This document shows positions 24,983 to 32,000 of a stretch of DNA of 32,000 nt, one piece after another. Origin of the DNA: Thermoproteus tenax Kra 1. GTDB lineage: Archaea > Thermoproteota > Thermoprotei > Thermoproteales > Thermoproteaceae. The position numbers and the translations under genes are program-made. The stretch's first letter is position 1. Each line of letters opens with the position of its first letter. Under the pieces are notes generated by a model. That model was given only the letters and a program-made list of their open reading frames with translations, searched no databases and was not told the DNA's origin. The stretch covers positions 690,001-722,000 of the forward strand of contig NC_016070.1 in NCBI RefSeq assembly GCF_000253055.1, in the 5' to 3' direction.

Positions 24983-26291
24983 GGGCTGCGTAGGCCAGCT
25001 CTCTATAATAGTCAAACGCCTTATCGCAGTTGTTGACGCACAGCGTTGGCCCTCCTAGAACATCTATACGGATGTAGTCCTTCGCATTTCTTTTTAAGAA
25101 ATCAAAAATATTAACATACACAATATCACTATGGTTATTATTTTTAAAGATAACTAAATAATTATATATAAGAGACCATGCATCGTACGGATCAGCCCTC
25201 ACCGGTATTCCGTAGTGAGAGAGGTCAACCTCGGGCCGTCTTGGCTCTGTCTTCACGATCCTCTTGGCTATGTCTACCGTTAGAGTTATCATTGCGTCAT
25301 CGACTCTATTGTCAAGCGGGCTGTGATATACAGGCCACACATCATCTAGTGCAGATATTGTGACCGACGGCATGCCCCTAAGCTCGTAGTTAAGAGAATC
25401 GAAGTCGGGCCGGGGCCATTCTACCGGGAGAAGGCCTGATACTACCTCTCGCATATATGGCATGACATACGCCTTGGGGGACCCTGTGCCTACAACGTCC
25501 AAGTTGACCAAGTGCCGTGGTCTCCACTTGCTGAAGTATATCAGCGACCCCCAAGCCCAGTAGAGCGACGGCACGTGGGGAGCCACGCCCTCCTCTGCTG
25601 TGAAGAGGCCGAGCGCTACTGGGTAGTCCTCAGCAACTAGGTCGAGGAAGGCCGTTACTGCGGCTTCTACGCCACCGCAGTTGTCCGAGGCGCCATACAG
25701 CCAGTGGTCGTAGTGTGCCGATATCATAGGGGTGTCCTCGAAGCTGTTCATGGCGATTATGTTGTAGCTATACGTCACGTTGGAGCTCGCGTTAACGACG
25801 AGTCTAGCTCTGCTCCCCGTCATTTTGGCGATAGATGTGGGGGCGCTGATAGCCGGTATCGGCGGGGGAGCGGCATCATACTTAAAGCCGAGCTCATCGG
25901 TTACGACGATCCTCCTCAACGGCTCGCCGTAGAGAACTACAGCGATAGCCCCGCGCCTCGCCGCATCTATAACAACATATTTCGCATCGTTTAGATCGGA
26001 TGGAAACGGCGCGACGGCTATGTTCCCCTCTACATCGCCATTTATATCGACTAACCTCCCCTCTAGAACGCCGCCCTTAGAGTAGGGCAGCGCTAGTGCC
26101 TCAAGCCGCATCTCGCCGACCTCTATCCATGACCCCCCATCTCTCCAATACAACACTTCGACGGGGGTCAGCTGCATCCAGATGAACGGCAGATCGAGGA
26201 TGGATGATATGTAGTCCAAAAAAGCTCTCTCCTCAGGGGATCCTGCGACAAGGTCCCTATATTCTGAGCACTTGTTGGCGAGCTCTCCCAC
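24975..26291 (-). CDS. M28-family metallopeptidase with a PA-like domain
   Basis: HYDHW...GASDNCGGVEAAV metal-ligand region, 438 aa, GTG start. Confidence 0.8.
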   Translation of the reverse strand: MGELANKCSEYRDLVAGSPEERAFLDYISSILDLPFIWMQLTPVEVLYWRDGGSWIEVGEMRLEALALPYSKGGVLEGRLVDINGDVEGNIAVAPFPSDLNDAKYVVIDAARRGAIAVVLYGEPLRRIVVTDELGFKYDAAPPPIPAISAPTSIAKMTGSRARLVVNASSNVTYSYNIIAMNSFEDTPMISAHYDHWLYGASDNCGGVEAAVTAFLDLVAEDYPVALGLFTAEEGVAPHVPSLYWAWGSLIYFSKWRPRHLVNLDVVGTGSPKAYVMPYMREVVSGLLPVEWPRPDFDSLNYELRGMPSVTISALDDVWPVYHSPLDNRVDDAMITLTVDIAKRIVKTEPRRPEVDLSHYGIPVRADPYDAWSLIYNYLVIFKNNNHSDIVYVNIFDFLKRNAKDYIRIDVLGGPTLCVNNCDKAFDYYRELAYAALI

Positions 26292-26535
26292 AATGATAAA
26301 ATGTCATTATTATTTATTGGTTCCATAGTTTGTCAATGTAGATAATAAAAATTTTATATTATAAATGAATATTTAAAAGTACTATATAAATATTGTTATT
26401 TAATAAAATATTATTATCAAAAAAGATGAAGAATATTGGAAGAGCAACAATTTAATACTGGCGCATTTATTAGCTTAAGGCGAATGAGCCGACCGTTGAC
26501 GACTTGAACCCGGAATGAGCCGATGATGCGTTCGC

Positions 26536-27357
26536 CTACTTGAAGTGTTCGCTTATTCTCCTCCAGTCGTCTTCGCTGAGCCGCCAGCCCATCGCGCCAG
26601 CATTCTCTTGCACGTGCGCTACACTCCCGGCCTTAGGTATCGGGACGACCGGCTCTAACTTTATATACCAATTGAGGGCTATTTGTATAGGGGTTTTTCC
26701 GTATTTTCTTCCTAATTCTATTAAGAGGGTATCGCTCGCAAGGGCGCCCTTCTCTATTGGGGTATAGGCCAAGTAGAGCAGCCCCTCCCTCTGCGCATAG
26801 GGTATCACTGATGCCTCGTCAGCGCGGTATTTCAAACTGTACCTGTTCTCTATCGCGGCTATGTCGTATCTCTTGGCGCATTGCCTCGCCTCCTCTATGC
26901 CGCGTACGTCGAAGTTGCTCAGGCCCCAAAAGCGGGTGAGCCCTCTGTCTATGGCCTCTTCAAAGGCTCTGACCGTCTCGCATATAGGGACGCTGTCGCT
27001 AGGCCAATGGAGTAGAATCAAGTCGGCGTAAGTGCCCAACCTTTTGACGCTCGCCTGTATAGACCTCAAGGCCTCCTCATACTTGGCATGGTTGGGCCAT
27101 ACCTTAGTCACGATGAAGACGTCCTCCCTCTTGTGGCCCTTGATGGCCTCTCCCACGAGCTCCTCGCTGTGCCCCCCGCCGTACATCTCGGCTGTATCAA
27201 TGAGCGTCATGCCGAGCTCAATGCCCAACTTCAACGCCTCTACCCAAGCTCTGTCTTGGCTGTGGTCGGGCGTCCAGAAGCCTCCGCCCATGCCCCACGT
27301 CCCCATCCCTATCGCTGAGACGCAGCCTACAGACCTAAGACATTTCACCTCTTTCAT
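26536..27357 (-). CDS. Aldo/keto reductase
   Basis: ...VSAIGMGTWGMGG..., DTAEMYGGGHSEELVGEA, LILLHWP and GLSNF. I prefer the ATG at 27357 (TATA-like ataaaata about 22 nt upstream) over the ORF-track start at 27438. Confidence 0.85.
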   Translation of the reverse strand: MKEVKCLRSVGCVSAIGMGTWGMGGGFWTPDHSQDRAWVEALKLGIELGMTLIDTAEMYGGGHSEELVGEAIKGHKREDVFIVTKVWPNHAKYEEALRSIQASVKRLGTYADLILLHWPSDSVPICETVRAFEEAIDRGLTRFWGLSNFDVRGIEEARQCAKRYDIAAIENRYSLKYRADEASVIPYAQREGLLYLAYTPIEKGALASDTLLIELGRKYGKTPIQIALNWYIKLEPVVPIPKAGSVAHVQENAGAMGWRLSEDDWRRISEHFK

Positions 27358-27619
27358 AGCACAATCTACATCTAGTATTTTATGTCTCTCCATCTTGCCT
27401 CTTCTGCAGTGCTCGGCCTCACTAAGGGCTCTGAGCACACCGGGGCGAAAGAGGAGGAATGTGTTAAGAGGGCGTTTGTTCTACGACATTTTGGCTCCCC
27501 GCCAGCCGACTCAGAGGCCCAAGCGGTGCATCATTATGAACGAGGATAATGGGCTAAGCGGATGAGTTTACACGCGGAGAAGGCCAGAGGGCTGCTCGCT
27601 ACTGCGAGGAGGATCCTTT

Positions 27620-28420
27620 TTAAACTGCAAGCAGAATGGCTGCGATCATCACGAGAAATCCCAGCGCAGTATAGAAGTCCGGCCTCTCGCCCAAGGCAAA
27701 TATCGCTAACACCTGAGTAAGGACTGGCGACAGGGCGCTAATTATTGAGGGGATCACCGGCCCTAGGTAGTACACCGACAGGATAAATAGGGGGCCGCCT
27801 ACTCCATAGCTTACTATTCCCGCAAGGAAGATCTTTGGGCTAATTTTAGGCGACTTTCCTCTGGCCATCTCTATCAAGGCGACTGGCAATAGAAATCCTA
27901 TTGCTCTTGCCAGAGTGAAACTCCAAGGATCTGTTACAGCGGCCGCAGAGCCGATCACGAGAAACGATAGAGCGTATAAAAGAGCGGATGAGAAGGCCAG
28001 AGCAATGCCCTTAACAGAGCCGCCCCTAGCCCTCATTGCTATATAGAGCCCCAACATAGCCAGGGCGCCTGCTAGAAGATGACGCAACGATATATCTATG
28101 CTCAAGAGAGGAACCAGGATCACATAGGCGTAGGACACTAGCGTGGCAAGCCCCACGCTCGCATGTCTCAGAGAGACGAGATACATATACGTACCCAAGA
28201 CGGGCCCCAATAGAGAGAACAGAGCCCCGTAGATCAACATAGTCGTCGACAGATGGGCGCCGATCAACAGCAGAGGCAGAGCTGAGATGAACGTCGCAAG
28301 GGCCAGAGAGAAGAGATCGTCCCACGCGCTTTCGGTAGAGCCCGTCTTGTATAACAATGGTGCAATACTCCACGCAACTGACGCCGAGAGGGCGAGAATG
28401 ACTCCGATTAAGTTCGACAC
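27620..28420 (-). CDS. EamA/DMT-family transporter
   Basis: 266 aa with about 10 predicted hydrophobic helices in two EamA-like halves. The GTG start overlaps the upstream gene by 13 nt. Confidence 0.8.
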   Translation of the reverse strand: MSNLIGVILALSASVAWSIAPLLYKTGSTESAWDDLFSLALATFISALPLLLIGAHLSTTMLIYGALFSLLGPVLGTYMYLVSLRHASVGLATLVSYAYVILVPLLSIDISLRHLLAGALAMLGLYIAMRARGGSVKGIALAFSSALLYALSFLVIGSAAAVTDPWSFTLARAIGFLLPVALIEMARGKSPKISPKIFLAGIVSYGVGGPLFILSVYYLGPVIPSIISALSPVLTQVLAIFALGERPDFYTALGFLVMIAAILLAV

Positions 28421-28971
28421 AGCGGAACATCATCTCTGGTATCTATATCTATCACGACGCCCCGATCTTGAACCTCTATCCCTAAGCTTCTCAACATTCC
28501 CAATAGCGCCCTAGCCCCTACATCGCCTTCGAGCCCCAGTAGAAAGGCGAGGACATCCCTACGCACAAGCACCGGATTTCCCCTCCTTCCGCGATATACA
28601 GGGTAGACTATCGGCGCTCTGGCTAGGTTGTCCGAGAGAGCCCTCAGAGTTTCCGGTCTGACGAAGGGCATGTCACCTAGGGCGAATATATATCCGTCGA
28701 AATGCGGCGCCGCGATGATTGCGGACTTGATACTAGTGCTGAGGCCGTGCCTGAACCACGGGTTATAGACCGTCTCTACATCGTAGTCGGCGGCCAATCG
28801 GACCACCTCATGTGCATTGTAGCCCGTTACGACGTAGACAGGCCCCACTCTTGAGGCGATAGCCGACTCAAGGACCCACGACAACATCGGCTTGCCGCAG
28901 ACTCTCGCGGAAAGCTTGAACTCTCCGAAACGTTTAGACTCCCCTGCCGCTAAGACTACGACTGCAATCAC
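28408..28971 (-). CDS. MobA/MocA-like molybdenum cofactor nucleotidyltransferase
   Basis: AVVVLAAGESKRFG N-terminal NTP-transferase motif, 187 aa, and a GTGA overlap with coxG. Confidence 0.8.
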   Translation of the reverse strand: MIAVVVLAAGESKRFGEFKLSARVCGKPMLSWVLESAIASRVGPVYVVTGYNAHEVVRLAADYDVETVYNPWFRHGLSTSIKSAIIAAPHFDGYIFALGDMPFVRPETLRALSDNLARAPIVYPVYRGRRGNPVLVRRDVLAFLLGLEGDVGARALLGMLRSLGIEVQDRGVVIDIDTRDDVPLCRT

Positions 28972-29381
28972 AAGATAGCCCTAAGATTGGACACAACTTG
29001 GGCTATAAGGGATTTGGCGACAGCGTCAAGTAAGGGCCTTCCCAAGGTCGCTATCAGTCCTCGGGCGTTTCCGACGAAGCTCCAGAGGACTTGTCTATCT
29101 TTTCTGAGAAACTTCAGCGTGAAGTCCACGGTGCTCTGTAGCCCGTTGGTCGCTCCAACCACGGTGGCCCCGTCCTCCGAAATCTCAGCATATCTAAATC
29201 TCACGTCCAGAGTCCCCCGCAGACTGCCCACGTTGAGAACCATTTTAGCTTTATACCACTCTCCCTCCCTCTCAACGGCCGTGACTCCCGGGAAGGCCCG
29301 CCCGACCACTTCTGGCTCTAACAGCTTTCTAAAGTTGGAGACGTCCCTCAGCTCAATTACGCCATCGTATCTGAGCTCCAC
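28968..29381 (-). CDS. coxG: CoxG / SRPBCC-family protein
   Basis: 137 aa. ...FPGVTAVEREGEWYKAKMVLNVGSLRGTLDVRF matches the CoxG (carbon monoxide dehydrogenase subunit G) pattern. Confidence 0.8.
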   Translation of the reverse strand: MELRYDGVIELRDVSNFRKLLEPEVVGRAFPGVTAVEREGEWYKAKMVLNVGSLRGTLDVRFRYAEISEDGATVVGATNGLQSTVDFTLKFLRKDRQVLWSFVGNARGLIATLGRPLLDAVAKSLIAQVVSNLRAIL

Positions 29382-29418
29382 AGAACGTCAACCACACCTA
29401 TTTTAATTGTTGGCGCGC

Positions 29419-29721
29419 TTAACTGACCTCAACGCCGAAGCTCTGCATCTTTTTCAACTCCTCAAGTATCTCGTTCAATTTCGCCATAGTATCGGCGTTA
29501 TACTGCTTTAGCACAGGCGGTAGCTCGTTCAACCTCTGCACTCCGCGCGCTATTTCTTCGAGGGCGCCTCTTATATCATCTAGTCTTACTAATATAAGAT
29601 ATATTGATACAATCAAAGCTTCATCATTACTTATTTTTTTGCCTTTATTTATTTTATCTATAATAGGTGCAGCCATATTCTTCACCAATCCATCTATACG
29701 CGCCTTTAAGGCCTCATCCAT
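29419..29721 (-). CDS. Hypothetical coiled-coil protein (100 aa)
   Basis: ATG start and helical heptad-like sequence. No family recognised. An AT-rich island sits in the middle of the ORF. Confidence 0.5.
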   Translation of the reverse strand: MDEALKARIDGLVKNMAAPIIDKINKGKKISNDEALIVSIYLILVRLDDIRGALEEIARGVQRLNELPPVLKQYNADTMAKLNEILEELKKMQSFGVEVS

Positions 29722-29790
29722 AGAAGTTGATATGCAGCGATATTAAATCTTAATACTGAATATAGGACAAGAGGCCGATAAGAAATAGTC

Positions 29791-30564
29791 TCAGCCTTTG
29801 AGTTCAATGGGGACGCCAAGTTCCTTCAGTTTCTCTATTATCTCATTTCTGATCGGGCTCTTCACGCTCTTCTTAAAGAAGATTACTCTCTCAGGCCTTT
29901 TGACATGTTTATTGAAGGCTTGCGCCACCAAGTCCCTCGTGGCGACATCCTTGTGTATTATATGGCCCACGTTGGCGAGGCCGTCGAGCGCCATCTGGGT
30001 TACCATAGAGTAGTGGAGGTCTCCCACAGACATAATTACAGGCGCATTGGCCGGTTTGTAGTTGGGCAACTCGCCGAGTATCCAGGACAGCCCTTTCAGC
30101 GGACGTTCATCGTTCCACTCCCGCTCGGTGCTCCCTATTTCGATGAACGTAGCGCTGACGATCTCAGTGTTGGGCTCATGATGCGTGGCCTCAAGCGCAC
30201 ACTCAAACTCGGGGGGCCGCTCCAGACACAGCTCTCTGAAGAGCCAAGTCTTAAGCTCGGCGTAAGCCACAGAGAGCGAGGGAGGAACGCCGGGTGTATG
30301 TGCAGTCAGCATGGGCCGAGGTCTGGCCATCTCGTGCCTGGAGGGGACGACTATATGGCCTATCCCCAAGCTCCTCAACTTCTCTTCGGGCGGCAGCTCG
30401 AGGGAGTCTCCATCGTATACTAATATCAATAGCTCTCCTCGTCTCACCACGGAGCAACACGAGCCCAACGGCCTATCCTCAACGCCGAGTATCCTAGCCA
30501 CGCCTCTCGCGACGGGATCTCGCGACAACGCTATGGCAATCTCGCCCTCTGGGCCTAAATACAT
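29791..30564 (-). CDS. dtdA: D-aminoacyl-tRNA deacylase, archaeal DtdA type
   Basis: VPSRHEMARPRPMLTAHTPG and EATHHEP motifs of the archaeal tRNA_deacylase family, 257 aa. Confidence 0.85.
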   Translation of the reverse strand: MYLGPEGEIAIALSRDPVARGVARILGVEDRPLGSCCSVVRRGELLILVYDGDSLELPPEEKLRSLGIGHIVVPSRHEMARPRPMLTAHTPGVPPSLSVAYAELKTWLFRELCLERPPEFECALEATHHEPNTEIVSATFIEIGSTEREWNDERPLKGLSWILGELPNYKPANAPVIMSVGDLHYSMVTQMALDGLANVGHIIHKDVATRDLVAQAFNKHVKRPERVIFFKKSVKSPIRNEIIEKLKELGVPIELKG

Positions 30565-30660
30565 AAGCTCAAGCGCCCGGCTTGTAATACAAGCTCAAAC
30601 ATCGGCGCAGTGTAATATCTATGGCTAGGCTCGCCGTCGGAGCACGGCTTACTGCGCCCG

Positions 30661-31632
30661 TCATGGGACGAGAACTGCCCTGCCTATAACTGAGCCTCGC
30701 TCCATGTCTTTATGCGCTCTAATGGCCTCTGTTAGTTTGTACTCCGTATATACAGGCTTTATAAGTTTACGTTTAAGGAGGTCAAGTGCCTCGTATACGT
30801 CCCATGGCTTGTACGCCATATGGCCCAGCACGGATATCTGTCTCAAGATTATGAGGGCGGGGCTCAAGCTGGCCCGCTCGCCTGTGACATTGCCAATCAC
30901 CACTACAGATCCGCCTCTTTTCGTGAGCCTTATAGAGCTCTCCAAAGTTGGAGAGCCCACTGTGTCGAAGACTACGTCAAAATCCCTCATACCCTCTTGG
31001 AAGATGCCTATGCCCAAGGCGCTGTAAACTCTGGACTTCTCGGGCGATCTGGTAGATATATACACGTCGGCCCCCCTGAGCTTGGCCACCTGTGCCAGAT
31101 ATAGGCCTGTGCCCCCTCCGCCGACTACCAGGACCCTCTTATTCTCAACGTCCACCCTTCTAACGGCGGCTATGGCTGTCGGTATTACGTCGGTAGCCAA
31201 CACGGCCTCGCGCGGGTCCACTCCATGGAACGGAAAGACAAAGTTGGCCGGCATCAGAACATACTCGGCATACGTGCCGTCCCTATGTTCGCCCAGATAC
31301 TGCGCGTTTCTGCAGAGGTTCTCCATACCTCTTCTGCAGTACTCACAAACTCCATCGTAAAGGGCCGGCGCAAGGAATACCCGCTGGCCCACGAGGTCTT
31401 CGTGCTCGTTGGAGCCAGCCTCGACTATTTTTCCCACGCCCTCGTGCCCCAACGTGACAGGCGGTTTAACGTGTGGAAACGCGCCCTTTCTGACCACAAT
31501 ATCCCTCCCGCAGACGCCCGCCGCCTCTATCTTCACTAAGACCTCCCCAGGGCTTGGCCTTGGATCCTCTATATCCAAAACGGCGAGAGATCCGTCGGCC
31601 TCTCCAAACTTTAGCAATCTAACGGCCTTCAC
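30661..31632 (-). CDS. Zinc-dependent alcohol dehydrogenase (MDR family)
   Basis: GVCGRDI, GHEGVGKIVEAG, structural-zinc Cys cluster (CEYCRRGMENLC) and GGGGTG Rossmann motif. Confidence 0.88.
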   Translation of the reverse strand: MKAVRLLKFGEADGSLAVLDIEDPRPSPGEVLVKIEAAGVCGRDIVVRKGAFPHVKPPVTLGHEGVGKIVEAGSNEHEDLVGQRVFLAPALYDGVCEYCRRGMENLCRNAQYLGEHRDGTYAEYVLMPANFVFPFHGVDPREAVLATDVIPTAIAAVRRVDVENKRVLVVGGGGTGLYLAQVAKLRGADVYISTRSPEKSRVYSALGIGIFQEGMRDFDVVFDTVGSPTLESSIRLTKRGGSVVVIGNVTGERASLSPALIILRQISVLGHMAYKPWDVYEALDLLKRKLIKPVYTEYKLTEAIRAHKDMERGSVIGRAVLVP

Positions 31633-31659
31633 AGTTCTGGCAATAAATGTAATTTAAAG

Positions 31660-32000
31660 TTAACAGACACATGCGCGTTCGGCCTTTATCTTTGCCAACG
31701 CATCTGAGAGTTTGATTCCTTTAGAGAGGAGTATCTCCAGATCGTACTCGGTGGTAAACCCAAGCTCCCTCAGCCCTTTGGAGGCTGTGAATAGATCCCA
31801 ATTGTTTGCGTAGATCAAACGTGCCATCTTGTTAAGTCTGAGCAACGCCTCGGGCTTAAATCTGAGGGCTACCGGCGTGAACATGTCTATATAGGCCAGC
31901 GCGGCGCCGCCTCTCATTTCAACTGTGCCGTAAAAGCCCTTAAGAGCTCTAAGTACGTTCTTGGAGGCCTCCGTTATACAGCTCTCCGTCAGTTTTTCCA
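31660..32000 (-). CDS. Hypothetical protein, C-terminal part (5' end outside the window)
   Basis: The frame stays open upstream of the ATG at 31917 to the window edge (EKLTESCITEASKNVLRALKGFYGTVE-MRGG...). No family recognised. Confidence 0.45.
   Translation of the reverse strand, partial: EKLTESCITEASKNVLRALKGFYGTVEMRGGAALAYIDMFTPVALRFKPEALLRLNKMARLIYANNWDLFTASKGLRELGFTTEYDLEILLSKGIKLSDALAKIKAERACVC

Noticed and set aside
26292-26460. Replication origin (AT-rich unwinding element) hypothesis for the long AT tract.
   Set aside because: I saw no convincing ORB or mini-ORB inverted repeats, only weak TTCCA/TGGAA words, and no adjacent orc1/cdc6 gene. The tract is adequately explained as the promoter or upstream region of the M28 peptidase gene.
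27511-27535. Minus-strand AATGATGC-13 nt-CTGA (C/D'-like) in the EamA/AKR spacer, and the GAATGAGCCGA repeats at 26482-26523 considered as C/C' boxes.
   Set aside because: The C box is non-canonical (the final A is replaced by C), and no C' or D boxes follow. The 26.5-kb repeats lack any CTGA D box. Neither satisfies the C-D'-C'-D architecture.

Overview
This is a 32-kb stretch of a very compact crenarchaeal chromosome. Gene content and protein sequences look Thermoproteales-like, but the taxon cannot be verified from here. About 45 protein genes are packed almost gap-free, with many ATGA/TAATG start-stop overlaps and palindromic stop-stop overlaps between convergent genes. AT-rich TATA-like boxes sit about 20-28 nt upstream of start codons, which suggests leaderless mRNAs. 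The window falls into six blocks. (1) 1-2278: an FAD oxidase (GlcD/D-lactate dehydrogenase type) and a LutB-like Fe-S protein. (2) 2238-6014: a pyrimidine cluster, pyrD-pyrE-pyrI-pyrF on the minus strand, divergent from pyrB. (3) 6-12.3 kb: a small wHTH protein, an FAD oxidoreductase, three orphan genes, carbamate kinase, hisS and a saccharopine-dehydrogenase-like gene. (4) 12.4-14.6 kb: the only accessory-looking part. It holds an ABC/AAA_21-like ATPase with degenerate catalytic motifs, followed by a 1.2-kb non-coding island. That island reads as frameshifted IS200/IS605-type TnpB debris, with a 16-bp perfect hairpin and a GC-rich structured tail that may be an omega-RNA or right-end relic. 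(5) 14.6-22.4 kb: the archaeal exosome superoperon, comprising a COG1931-like protein, psmA, SBDS, rrp4, rrp41, rrp42, L37Ae, a Brix protein, Pcc1, prefoldin beta, a small acidic ORF and a DHH phosphoesterase. (6) 22.4-32 kb: a Zn-ribbon orphan, XPB helicase, PPAT, an M28 peptidase, an aldo/keto reductase, CoxG-MocA-EamA, an orphan, DtdA, a Zn-ADH and a partial ORF. I found no rRNA, tRNA or CRISPR array. All functional calls rest on motif and family recognition by eye. No database search was run.
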